Shown here: positions 30,777-39,585 of the stretch, in pieces
Position numbering within the stretch: position 1 is the first letter of the stretch
How the letters are laid out: the number at the start of each line of letters is the position of its first letter
Assembly (NCBI GenBank): GCA_026129525.1
Contig: JAHCHW010000010.1
Location: 68,840-132,839, forward strand
Length of the DNA stretch: 64,000 nt
Direction: 5' to 3'
Origin: Chitinophagales bacterium
GTDB taxonomy: Bacteria > Bacteroidota > Bacteroidia > Chitinophagales > LD1
Notes under the pieces: generated by a model
What the model was told of the DNA's origin: nothing
Databases searched by the model: none
The model's input: only the letters and a program-made list of their open reading frames with translations
Position numbers and translations under genes: made by a program

Positions 30777-31038
30777 TGCTTTTGTTTTTGAGTTTTTCGA
30801 ATTGTAATTGAATAAATGGATTGGCAGAATAATGGAATTGCTTATGCGTGGATTTTATCCATCATGCCATTCATCCATTCTTACATTGTGTTTTTTTCTT
30901 TGGCGGGCTGAAAGGCAATTTGCCTTGTTTAGTTTAACGTCAGGGTCCATCCCAAAACCTACCCGGACTTTTTCGTCTTACACCCTCCACCATAAAAATG
31001 GAAAGGACGGCTCTTAGCCATCCTTCCACTTTTGTTTA

Positions 31039-31308
31039 TTATTTTCTGATGTTTAGTTTTTCAATCAATTGACGGTAACCGGTCAAATCGGTTTTCATCA
31101 TGTAGTTTAATAGTCTTCTTCTTTTGCCTACCAATCTTATCAAAGCACGGGTATTGGCGTAGTCTTTACGGTTGGTAGAGAGGTGTCCCGAAATGTGGTT
31201 AATCCTTTCGGTAAACATGGCAATTTGAGCAGGCGTTGAACCTGTATTCTTTTCGGAACCGCCATATTCTTTAAATATGTTCTTCTTTACTTCGGATGTT
31301 ACTTGCAT
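31039..31308 (-). CDS. rpsO: 30S ribosomal protein S15
   Basis: 89 aa from ATG 31308 (MQVTSEVKKNIFKEYGGSEKNTGS...). The track's longer start adds 9 unlikely residues. Confidence 0.95.
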   Translation of the reverse strand: MQVTSEVKKNIFKEYGGSEKNTGSTPAQIAMFTERINHISGHLSTNRKDYANTRALIRLVGKRRRLLNYMMKTDLTGYRQLIEKLNIRK

Positions 31309-31332
31309 TCTTGCTTCAATTTTTAAGAGGCG

Positions 31333-31340
31333 CAAAGATA
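31333..31340 (-). promoter_or_regulatory. Candidate -7 promoter box (TATCTTTG) for rpsO, with a TTTG 19 nt upstream
   Basis: Exact TAnnTTTG match about 25 nt upstream of ATG 31308. An upstream TTTG at 19-nt spacing fits the -33/-7 architecture. Confidence 0.4.
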
Positions 31341-31415
31341 GGACAGTAATCTAAAAATCCAAATGGGGGTATTTAGAACCAAAAAGATTGCGATTTTTGC
31401 GGTTTCAGCCGAACC

Positions 31416-31423
31416 TATATTTG
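31416..31423 (+). promoter_or_regulatory. Candidate -7 promoter box (TATATTTG) for the LamG/HYR gene
   Basis: Exact TAnnTTTG match, 13 nt before ATG 31437. TTTG at 31396-31399. Confidence 0.35.
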
Positions 31424-31436
31424 CTTTTACCATTTG

Positions 31437-33725
31437 ATGTTGAAATACTGCCTGCAATTTACCTTTTTGTTCCTGTTTCTGATAAGCCGTTCGCAAGTGA
31501 ACGACAATGGTTTAGTAGCCCATTACAAATTCGATAACAATATTGCGGATAACACCTCCAACAAAAATGACGGCACTATTATAGGCAAGGTAGTTACTGC
31601 TCCCGACCGTTTCGGCAATACTTGCGGAGCAGTGCATTTTGACGGGGCTTCGGGGTTTATTACAGTTCCAAACTCTGTTTCGCTGCAATCAGCTACCTCA
31701 TCGTTTACTGTGGCTGTTTGGTTTAGGATAGACAATGCCACGTTCGGCAGAATGAACGCCATTATCCTTTCAAAGGGCGGGCAAGATGCACAGTTAAGAG
31801 TATCGCTTACACAAAACTTTGCTACAGGTGTGAGCAACATTTCTTTAACAGGGAGAATTGGCGGGGTTGACAAAAATTATCAGGATCACCTTCTGAAAAA
31901 CGAAAAGTGGCACCATTTGGCGGTAACACACCAAGATAACTGGTGTTATGCATACCTGGATGGCAGGGTAATTTGGCAGATGATGAGCAAAGAGCCTGTA
32001 AAATCCAATGCCGCGAGTGTGGAAATAGGGAGAGATACTACCATGAAGCCAAGCTATTTTACAGGGTGTTTGGATGATTTGCGTATTTATAACCGAGCAC
32101 TTTCGCCTGCGGAGATTAACCAACTTTACAATGAAAGTTCGGGGAGTAATGCCGAAGATATTTTCAGTATGAAAATGCCCCGCGACATTAAGGTAAACAC
32201 CGAAAAGGGAAAATGCTCGGCTGTTGTAAATTTTGCCAAACCCCGTGTTGAAATCAGTTGCGGCAACTACGAACTTAAACAACTGCAAGGCTTACCGGCA
32301 GGCTCGGCTTTTTCTGCGGGAAATCATTTAATGGTTTTTGAAGCGGCTGCGTATGATAGAAAGTTGGTTGATAGTTTTCGCGTAACAATTAATGACATAG
32401 AACCGCCCTCCATTACCTGCCCTGCAACGGTTATGGCAAAAGCTGCGTATGGCGCTAATTCAACTGTAGTTCTTTATCCTGAAGTTACGTATGGTGATAA
32501 TTGCCCCGGATCTTCTGTTCGTTTAACCTCCGGTAAAAAGAGCGGGGAACTATTTCCTGTGGGCACTACCAATGTTCATTACGCAGTTACCGATGCTGCG
32601 GGCAATTCGGCAGAATGCAGTTTTACCGTGATAGTAGAAAAAGGAGCAGAACCTATAGTGGAAAAAACTGCACCTGTGGTTCAGAAAGAAAATCCGGTGA
32701 TAACCGAAACGAAAACAGAGCCGGCATCGAGCGCCAATCCACCGGTTACCCAGCCTGTAAAGAACACTCCCACAGTAGAGAAATCCGACAACATCGAGAA
32801 ACCCAAAGTAACCTTTGCCAACACGCAGTATTTTAAGAACGATAAAGGTAAATGCGGGGGCAAAGCAGAATACAAGCTTCCTTTTGCCGATGCCAACCCA
32901 AAACCGAGAGTTGTGCAAACATCGGGCTTAGCATCGGGAGCGTATTTTCCGTTTGGAAACACCACTAACGTGTTTGAAGCTACTTATCCGGCAGGAAACA
33001 AAGAGGTTTACACGTTTAATGTATTTATGCGCGATGCCGAACCCCCTGTTTTTGCGTGCTTACGCGATACAACTATTGTACTGCCTTCAGGAAGGCGAGG
33101 AACCATTTTCAATTATACCGATCCTATTGCGAAGGATAATTGTAAAGTAGATACAGTCTATCTTACCGAAGGCTCTAAGACGGGCTGCTTTCTTCCTGTT
33201 GGTCAACACAGGTTTACCTTTACTGCAAAAGACGCATCGGAAAATACTCAAACATGCAGTTTTATAGTTACGGTAGAATCAGGACCGGAGTTTGAAACTG
33301 CACAGGCACCAACATTTATTAGCGAGTATCTGAATATTGGTAGCGATTCAATAGCCTATGAACATAAAGCAGAGGTAAAAAACTGCATGGTAACGGTTTA
33401 TATGTTCGATGACGGGGAAGAGGATAACGACACGGTTTCGATTGTTTATAACAACCAGCTTTTAGTTGACCGCGAAATGATTCGGATAAAAGAGAATGGC
33501 ATGATAAAGCGTTTTATTACGCTTACCTCAGGTGCAGAAAATTACATAGCCGCCAAAGCATGGAATACCGGCAGATACGGATTAAATACTCTGAAAATTG
33601 AAGTGTACGAAGGCTACATTGAAAATGATAAGCGCGATTTGAAGGGAAGAAAGCCCATTATCACTAAGGTACTGCACTCGCGCCCCGGAACTGCCGGAGG
33701 AATTATACTGAAGTGTGCCTGGTAG
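31437..33725 (+). CDS. Secreted LamG-like (concanavalin-type) plus HYR-repeat protein with an unassigned C-terminal domain
   Basis: Signal peptide. LamG-like jelly-roll region (LVAHYKFDNN...LDDLRIYNRALS). Two clear HYR modules (EPPSITCP...GTTNVHYAVTDAAGNSAECSFTVIV; EPPVFACL...CSFIVTV), two degenerate ones, and a Pro/Thr/Glu linker. No recognisable T9SS tail. Confidence 0.75.
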   Translation: MLKYCLQFTFLFLFLISRSQVNDNGLVAHYKFDNNIADNTSNKNDGTIIGKVVTAPDRFGNTCGAVHFDGASGFITVPNSVSLQSATSSFTVAVWFRIDNATFGRMNAIILSKGGQDAQLRVSLTQNFATGVSNISLTGRIGGVDKNYQDHLLKNEKWHHLAVTHQDNWCYAYLDGRVIWQMMSKEPVKSNAASVEIGRDTTMKPSYFTGCLDDLRIYNRALSPAEINQLYNESSGSNAEDIFSMKMPRDIKVNTEKGKCSAVVNFAKPRVEISCGNYELKQLQGLPAGSAFSAGNHLMVFEAAAYDRKLVDSFRVTINDIEPPSITCPATVMAKAAYGANSTVVLYPEVTYGDNCPGSSVRLTSGKKSGELFPVGTTNVHYAVTDAAGNSAECSFTVIVEKGAEPIVEKTAPVVQKENPVITETKTEPASSANPPVTQPVKNTPTVEKSDNIEKPKVTFANTQYFKNDKGKCGGKAEYKLPFADANPKPRVVQTSGLASGAYFPFGNTTNVFEATYPAGNKEVYTFNVFMRDAEPPVFACLRDTTIVLPSGRRGTIFNYTDPIAKDNCKVDTVYLTEGSKTGCFLPVGQHRFTFTAKDASENTQTCSFIVTVESGPEFETAQAPTFISEYLNIGSDSIAYEHKAEVKNCMVTVYMFDDGEEDNDTVSIVYNNQLLVDREMIRIKENGMIKRFITLTSGAENYIAAKAWNTGRYGLNTLKIEVYEGYIENDKRDLKGRKPIITKVLHSRPGTAGGIILKCAW

Positions 33726-33757
33726 CAGCACTGTATTTGTAGGTTAAAGTTTAACCA

Positions 33758-34054
33758 GGGTGTTCCCGAAAATAATTTGTGCGAATCCTTCGGATTCGGT
33801 TTTAATGTGGTTTGCTATCTATAAACATGTGAATCCTTCGGATTCATGCGGGTTTCATAACGAAGTGATGATTGGGTTATAGTATTTCATTGAACAAAAT
33901 GTGATGATGCCGAAGGTATCATACAGCCTCAAATTGTTTGCTTTTTTTTAAACACATGGCAAATTCAAAATTTCTTCACTATTCAAATTCTCGAGGGGCA
34001 GGAATAAATTGTTTAAGCCATTGCAAAGCCCTTCATCAGATTTCGGGAATACCC
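33758..34054. mobile_element. MITE-like non-autonomous element (297 bp) with 14-bp terminal inverted repeats and a 6-bp target-site duplication
   Basis: Left end gggtgttcccgaaa (33758-33771). Right end tttcgggaataccc (34041-34054), reverse complement gggtattcccgaaa, so 13/14 match. TAACCA abuts both ends directly (33752-33757 and 34055-34060). No ORF of 60 aa or more inside. Confidence 0.55.
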
Positions 34055-34059
34055 TAACC

Positions 34060-34117
34060 AAACAAAAAATCCCGCTATTGCGGGATTAGTAGCAAGGGGG
34101 GCTCGAATCCCCGACCT
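34060..34117. repeat. Direct repeat copy 1 (terminator hairpin plus tRNA acceptor-3'/T-arm sequence)
   Basis: 34060-34093 is identical to 34392-34425 (34 nt). It continues with 1 substitution, a 2-nt indel, then 16 identical nt (ctcgaatccccgacct). Confidence 0.9.
34063..34086 (-). terminator. Intrinsic terminator (copy 1)
   Basis: Minus strand reads ATCCCGC-AATA-GCGGGAT (7-bp stem, 4-nt loop) followed by TTTTTTG. Confidence 0.6.
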
Positions 34118-34153
34118 TCCCGCAGTATTGCGGGACGCTCTAACCGCTTTGCA
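34090..34153 (-). pseudogene. tRNA-derived remnant or tRNA-like element
   Basis: Retains GGTTAGAGCG (D loop/stem), variable loop AGGTC, a T arm with a 2-nt deletion, and acceptor 3' strand CCTTGCT. The anticodon arm is replaced by the 7-bp/4-nt-loop hairpin TCCCGCA-ATAC-TGCGGGA. The 5' part is overlapped by the end of the GIY-YIG ORF. Confidence 0.5.
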
Positions 34154-34391
34154 CCAGCCACTCAATGTAGCGCCTGCTCTTTTTATGTTTGATTTCCCGT
34201 TCCCGTTTCATTGCATCAGAGCGTGTAGCGAATTGTTGTGTGTAAACAACCCGCCAGTCGGAAGCGGTTGCAGAGGTATAACGTGTTTGTCCGGAGTTAT
34301 GTTCCTCAATTCTGCGCGTTAAATTATCGGTATGCCCCACGTAGTATTTGTCGGATTGCTTAGAATAGAGTATGTAAACGGTGTAAGCCAT
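34140..34391 (-). CDS. Small GIY-YIG nuclease family protein
   Basis: 83 aa from ATG 34391: MAYTVYILYS..KYYVGHTDNLTRRIEEHN...REREIKHKKSR, showing the GIY/YIG, Arg, Glu and Asn motifs of the UPF0213/YhbQ-like family. The track's TTG start at 34397 lies within the T-run of the upstream terminator. Confidence 0.8.
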   Translation of the reverse strand: MAYTVYILYSKQSDKYYVGHTDNLTRRIEEHNSGQTRYTSATASDWRVVYTQQFATRSDAMKREREIKHKKSRRYIEWLVQSG

Positions 34392-34495
<104 letters not shown>

Positions 34496-34559
34496 ATATT
34501 TTTGACTTAAAGAACGAAACTTTCACCTATCTATTAAAATGCCTCGCCAAAAAGGACGG

Positions 34560-34567
34560 CAAATATA
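34560..34567 (-). promoter_or_regulatory. Candidate -7 promoter box (TATATTTG) upstream of tRNA-Met
   Basis: Exact TAnnTTTG match within the palindrome caaatatatttg, 64 nt upstream of the tRNA 5' end. Confidence 0.25.
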
Positions 34568-34584
34568 TTTGAATAGCCGAAGTT

Positions 34585-35424
34585 TTAAAACACTTCATTC
34601 AGTTTGAATACTTCTTTGTGCCGTATGCCTTTTTCGGTTTGTTGCAGACTGCAACATTCAATGCTTTTATCGTGCTCAAAGAAAAGGTAGTAATTGTTGG
34701 CAATGGCTTCGTCTAAAAGTGCTTTCTTTTCATTAAGTGTTAGAAGCGGGCGAGTGTCGTAAGCCATTACATAAGGCAGAGGTATATGCGCCATGCTGGG
34801 AAATAAATCGGCACAGTAAACAATTTTTTTGCCATTACACTCAATTAAAGGGGTAAACATACTTTCGGTATGACCTGAAACGGTTTTCAATGTGATGTTC
34901 GGATGAATAGCATTGCTTCCGGCTTCGGCAAATTTTAACTGACCGCTTTCCTGAATGGGCAAAATATTCTCCTTCAGGAAAGATGCTTTTTCACGTGCAT
35001 TGGGTTTAGTTGCCCATTCCCAATGTTGAGCATTGCTCCAGTACGTAGCGTTTTTTAACGCGGGGACTAATCTTTCACCTGCACGCTTTATGGCACCTCC
35101 GCAGTGGTCGAAGTGCAGGTGTGTGAGTAATACATCGGTAATATCATCGGCACTGAAGCCGAGTTTTTGTAAAGAGTTTTGCAGCGAGTCTTCGCCATGC
35201 GGCTCATAGTAGCTGAAGAATTTTGCATCCTGTTTATTGCCCAAGCCGCAATCAATAAGGATGAGTTGTTTGCCGTCTTCAATAAGCAGACAGCGCATAG
35301 CCCATGTACACAAGTTATTGGCATCAGGCGTATTGAGGTTTTGCCAGATGGTTTTAGGAACTACCCCGAACATGGCTCCTCCATCCAACTTAAAAAGTCC
35401 GGTATCAATCGTATGCAGTTTCAT
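34585..35424 (-). CDS. MBL-fold metallo-hydrolase
   Basis: Start at ATG 35424 (MKLHTIDTGLFKLDGGAMFG). HxHxDH motif (THLHFDHCGG). ATGA overlap with the ribH stop. Confidence 0.8.
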   Translation of the reverse strand: MKLHTIDTGLFKLDGGAMFGVVPKTIWQNLNTPDANNLCTWAMRCLLIEDGKQLILIDCGLGNKQDAKFFSYYEPHGEDSLQNSLQKLGFSADDITDVLLTHLHFDHCGGAIKRAGERLVPALKNATYWSNAQHWEWATKPNAREKASFLKENILPIQESGQLKFAEAGSNAIHPNITLKTVSGHTESMFTPLIECNGKKIVYCADLFPSMAHIPLPYVMAYDTRPLLTLNEKKALLDEAIANNYYLFFEHDKSIECCSLQQTEKGIRHKEVFKLNEVF

Positions 35425-35921
35425 TTCTTCTTCGCAAGATTTTCTTTGAGGGCAAGCATTTTTAGAGCGGCTACAGCGCATTCCACTCCTTTGTTGCCAT
35501 GTTTACCTCCGGCACGGTCTTTTGCCTGTTGCAGGTTGTTGGGAGTGAGTAACCCAAAAACAAAAGGTGCATTGGTTTCGGTATTCAACTTCATAATAGC
35601 ATCGGAAACAGCATGGTTGATGTACACATCGTGGTCGGTATCTCCTTTAATTACACAACCCAGGCAGATAATTGCATCGGCTTTGCGGCTTTGGTAAAGC
35701 CACTTGGCAGCCAAAGGCAGTTCATAAGCGCCCGGCACAAATTCTATAAAGATGTTCTTCTCCTTTACTCCGTAGTTTTTTAGGGTTTCAGCCGCAGCGC
35801 TCATCAGCGAAAAGGTGATGTCTTCGTTGTATTCAGATACTACCATACCAATGCGAAACTTGGAAGCCGAAGGAATTTCGAGGGCTTTGTGTTTAGATAA
35901 GTTTTTCTGTTTGCTTGCCAT
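35421..35921 (-). CDS. ribH: 6,7-dimethyl-8-ribityllumazine synthase
   Basis: Start at ATG 35921. FRIGMVVSEYNEDIT...VPGAYELP...GCVIKGDTDHD. Confidence 0.9.
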   Translation of the reverse strand: MASKQKNLSKHKALEIPSASKFRIGMVVSEYNEDITFSLMSAAAETLKNYGVKEKNIFIEFVPGAYELPLAAKWLYQSRKADAIICLGCVIKGDTDHDVYINHAVSDAIMKLNTETNAPFVFGLLTPNNLQQAKDRAGGKHGNKGVECAVAALKMLALKENLAKKK

Positions 35922-35980
35922 AGGCTGTTTGTTGAACGCTGGAAATTTATCGGGTATAATAAATGAAATAGTCAAAGTTG

Positions 35981-37603
35981 CTACTGCTTTTCGGCAACAT
36001 TAACCACTTCATCAGTTTGATTCATTATGTAGTAGTAGCCTTCAAGCCGCCATTGTTGTTTAGCAAGAAATGCTTTAAGATACTGCTTCAACTTTGTTTC
36101 GGACTTTATGTCTTTTGTTATGTCTCGTTTTAAGCCGGCTTTAACAGCATAGCTGTAAAATTCGTTTAAAAGTAGAGCGCTTACAGCAAATTGTTCACTG
36201 AACTGCCGCATATCTTTATAGCTATCCATAAACCCTGAGTTACCCGAAGTGTATTTGTAAACAAACTCAGGCACGAATGCTCTTAACTGTAGTATATAAT
36301 CCAGTTCAGAAGATGTATCGGCAGGCACAAATACATCCGGACGGATTCCACCTCCACCATATACTTTTCTGCCTTTAGCAGTTTTATAAACAGTGGTGTC
36401 AGTTGTATGGGTTGTATCTTCATGAATAAAATCGCCACGTAAATAGCGTTGGTAAACTTCGTTGTTGTAATCGTCCACACCATTGGAATATGAACGTTGA
36501 ATACACCTGCCTGAGGGTGTATAGTAGCGCGCAACAGTAAGGCGAATCATAGAACCATCCCGAAGTTCGTATTGTTCTTGCACTAATCCTTTGCCGAAAG
36601 ATGTACGACCGATGATAATACCTCTGTCCCAGTCCTGTACCGCACCTGCAAGAATTTCGCTGGCAGAAGCAGAGTTTTGATTAACAAGAATTCTTAGTTC
36701 ACCTTTCTCAAACAAACCCGGCTTGGAGGCTTTGTAATCCTGACGGGGGTAAGCCTTTCCTTTTGTAAAAACAATCAATTTCTCGCCCGCCAACAGTTCA
36801 TCGGCAATTTGTGTGGCGGCCTGCAAGTAGCCCCCCGGGTTATCGCGAAGATCAATAATCAGCTTTTTCATGCCTTGATTATTAAGCATGTCCACTTTTT
36901 CAGCAAACTCACGGTGGGTGGTAGAACTAAAATTGCTGATTTTAATATAGCCCGTTTCAGCATTAAGCATATAGGCTGCATCAACACTGTAGAGCGGAAT
37001 TTTATCGCGCTTAATATCAAACACAAGCAATTGATTTCTGCCGCTGCGAAGCACTGATACTTTTACAATAGTACCTTTAGGTCCCCGCAATCTCTTCTTT
37101 ACTTCATTATCCTTAATTTTTATTCCGGCAACGGTGCTGTCGTTAATTTTTACAATGCGGTCTCCAGCCTTCAATCCTATTATCTCGGACGGCCCACCGG
37201 GAATAACTGTTACTACAGTTATGGTATCCTGCACTACTGAAAACTCAATACCTATACCTTCAAAATTTCCTTCAAGCGATTCATTTACATCTGCGGTTTC
37301 GTCAGCGGGGATATAAACGGTGTGTGGGTCAAGCGAACTAAAAAGTTTTTCAATAGTTTTTTCGGTTAAGGCAGTACGCTCAACCGTGTCCACGTATTTT
37401 AACTCAATGTAATTAAAAATATCTTCGAGCTTATTGTATTGCTTACCTAACAATGATTCTTTTCCTGTAGTGATACTATTAACTACAAAGCCCAATACCA
37501 CTCCAAATGCCAAAACAAGTGAATAGATAAAAGGGGTGTACGCCCCTGTTGTTGCCGGTTTTGGGTAAATGGTGTAGCCGTGTGTGTCATTAGCATTATT
37601 CAT
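35981..37603 (-). CDS. S41 family carboxy-terminal processing peptidase
   Basis: 540 aa. N-terminal TM, PDZ region (GIEF...GGPSE..GLKAGDRIVKIN), S41 core (DLRDNPGGYL, NQNSASASEI). Confidence 0.85.
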   Translation of the reverse strand: MNNANDTHGYTIYPKPATTGAYTPFIYSLVLAFGVVLGFVVNSITTGKESLLGKQYNKLEDIFNYIELKYVDTVERTALTEKTIEKLFSSLDPHTVYIPADETADVNESLEGNFEGIGIEFSVVQDTITVVTVIPGGPSEIIGLKAGDRIVKINDSTVAGIKIKDNEVKKRLRGPKGTIVKVSVLRSGRNQLLVFDIKRDKIPLYSVDAAYMLNAETGYIKISNFSSTTHREFAEKVDMLNNQGMKKLIIDLRDNPGGYLQAATQIADELLAGEKLIVFTKGKAYPRQDYKASKPGLFEKGELRILVNQNSASASEILAGAVQDWDRGIIIGRTSFGKGLVQEQYELRDGSMIRLTVARYYTPSGRCIQRSYSNGVDDYNNEVYQRYLRGDFIHEDTTHTTDTTVYKTAKGRKVYGGGGIRPDVFVPADTSSELDYILQLRAFVPEFVYKYTSGNSGFMDSYKDMRQFSEQFAVSALLLNEFYSYAVKAGLKRDITKDIKSETKLKQYLKAFLAKQQWRLEGYYYIMNQTDEVVNVAEKQ

Positions 37604-37839
37604 GCATACAAAATTGAGGCGGCTAAAATAGAATTATGGGCATAGAACGAAAAAGTGAAATTAGCTTACTGTAATTAGCGAACCCGCTCGATACACAAGC
37701 TACAATTACATTTCCCAAAAGCGTATTCCTTAAGGAGAATAATGAATTGTATGTTAAACGACACCACCGTTTTCTCTTAGCAACATTGCCGTTATTGCCA
37801 AGGAAGCAAAAAATACTAAGTTTGGCACCACTACACGGC

Positions 37840-39585
37840 ATGAAAAAAATTCTGCTCTTTTTCCTTCTTTTTCCGGTAATCGTTTCGTTTTCGCAAGGAA
37901 CTTTTGTACCGCTTGGTTCGGATGCTTATACCATTGTGGAAAGAATGGACATAAAGTATAGCCGCGTATTGCCCGTTACCCATACAGCCGATAAAACTTA
38001 TTACCGCGGGCAAGTGGCAAAGTTTGCGGAAACGTTGTTGCTTTCGAACCTGCGTTTCAGTAAAGTGCAGCAATACCAGTTGCAATGGTTGGTGAACGAC
38101 AATGGCGAATGGCTCGATACACTTGAAAGCCGAACCCGCAGACCACTTTGGAAGTTTTACCGCGAGCCTGCAAGTTTTGCTCATGTAAGTTCAAAAAAGA
38201 AAGGGCTGTTTGATTTGCGGTTTAACCCGATGGTTGAAGTAAAAGCTGGGGTTGAATCGTACGACAGCCGTTTTGTTTTTTCGCGTGCAGTAGGTTTGGA
38301 AGTGCGCGGAAATATTAAGCGCGTGTTCAGTTTTTACTTTAATGTAACGGGCAACTCAGCACGTCCTGCCCATTACATCACCAATCCCATTCGCAACCGG
38401 AAGTACAAAAATGTATCGGGGGTAAACGATTACCTGTATGTGCCCGGTAATGCGTATTGGAAAGATTACTCTTCCAAACTTTTCAAGTTCGATGACGGGA
38501 TAGATTACTTTGATGCACGCGGTTATGTGAACGTGAATGTGCTGAAGTACATCAATATTTCCATAGGACGCGATAAATTTTTTATAGGCAATGGGCAGCG
38601 TTCCTTTATGCTCTCGGATTTTTCGGCCCCGTATCTTTTCCTGAAAATGGATATTGCTTTTTGGCGTGTAAAATACCAAAGCATATTAGCTGAACTTAAT
38701 TCACAATATGTACGCGGTACCGATAATCTGTTGCCCAAAAAGTATATGGCAGTGCATCATCTGAGTATTCAGGCAGCGCATTTTTTGAACATAGGTTTAT
38801 TTGAAGGCGTAATAGCCAGCCGCAGCAATCATTTTGAGTTGCAGTATCTGAACCCCATTATTTTTTACCGTGCCGTTGAACACGCTATAGGCAGCCCCGA
38901 TAATGTTTTGCTGGGTGCCGATTTTAAAGCCAACATTATTAACCACCTGCAACTGTATGGTCAGTTTGTGTTAGATGAATTCAATTTTAAAAATATGACC
39001 AAGCGCAATGGCTGGTGGGCAAACAAATGGGCACTGCAAATGGGCTTAAAATACATTGATATTGCCCCTAACCTTGATGGACAGTTAGAAGTAAACGTAG
39101 CCCGTCCGTTTATTTATACTCACGAATCGGGCATAAACTATACGCACTATAATCAGCCTTTAGCGCACCCGCTGGGAGCAAATTTCTACGAAGTTATTTT
39201 GCAAATGCGCTACCAGCCTATCCGCGAATTTTCCATGACAGCAAAATATATTGCCATGAAGGTGGGAGAAGATACGCTTAAGGATGGCACACTTACCAAC
39301 TATGGATTTAATGTGCTTCGCAACTCCGGTGGGGGAACATCGGTAACACAGGAATACGGCAATAAAATTGCCCAAGGGGCAAGGGGAACAGTTAACTACT
39401 TCAACCTTACTTTAACTTATCAGCCCTGGCATAATATTTACATAGAAGCAGAGGCTACCTATCGTTCAAAAAATCTGGCAAAGCCACAGAACCCTGAGTC
39501 GGTTAAGCTACTGGAAAATGAATCGAGCTTTATTTTTATGATAGGGGCACGTATGAACTTCGGGTTACGAAGACACGAGTTTTAA
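37840..39585 (+). CDS. Outer-membrane beta-barrel protein, possibly of the capsule-assembly Wzi family
   Basis: Start at ATG 37840 (MKKILLFFLLFPVIVSFSQG). Aromatic-rich alternating strands and a C-terminal ...MNFGLRRHEF. The family assignment is from memory only. Confidence 0.5.
   Translation: MKKILLFFLLFPVIVSFSQGTFVPLGSDAYTIVERMDIKYSRVLPVTHTADKTYYRGQVAKFAETLLLSNLRFSKVQQYQLQWLVNDNGEWLDTLESRTRRPLWKFYREPASFAHVSSKKKGLFDLRFNPMVEVKAGVESYDSRFVFSRAVGLEVRGNIKRVFSFYFNVTGNSARPAHYITNPIRNRKYKNVSGVNDYLYVPGNAYWKDYSSKLFKFDDGIDYFDARGYVNVNVLKYINISIGRDKFFIGNGQRSFMLSDFSAPYLFLKMDIAFWRVKYQSILAELNSQYVRGTDNLLPKKYMAVHHLSIQAAHFLNIGLFEGVIASRSNHFELQYLNPIIFYRAVEHAIGSPDNVLLGADFKANIINHLQLYGQFVLDEFNFKNMTKRNGWWANKWALQMGLKYIDIAPNLDGQLEVNVARPFIYTHESGINYTHYNQPLAHPLGANFYEVILQMRYQPIREFSMTAKYIAMKVGEDTLKDGTLTNYGFNVLRNSGGGTSVTQEYGNKIAQGARGTVNYFNLTLTYQPWHNIYIEAEATYRSKNLAKPQNPESVKLLENESSFIFMIGARMNFGLRRHEF

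Noticed and set aside
30808-31017. A 69-aa plus-strand ORF in the rpsO-pnp spacer.
   Set aside because: It is on the strand opposite the surrounding operon, has no motif and has odd composition. The region is better explained as a structured leader RNA.
34030-34054. On the minus strand, CTGATGA next to CCCGAAA at the MITE-like element's end (GGGTATTCCCGAAATCTGATGAAGGGC) looked like a hammerhead ribozyme core.
   Set aside because: The motif order is wrong: GAAA precedes CUGAUGA. I also could not build stems II and III or find a cleavage-site context, so a chance co-occurrence is more likely.
34088-34160. The tRNA-like element downstream of the GIY-YIG ORF as a tmRNA 3' domain, or as the 3' exon of an intron-containing tRNA.
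   Set aside because: There is no tag reading frame and no GGGG...CCACCA-type tmRNA ends. The upstream tRNA-Met is complete on its own, so the ORF is not inside a tRNA intron. Parts of the tRNA from the D loop to the 3' end are duplicated, which an intron would not produce.
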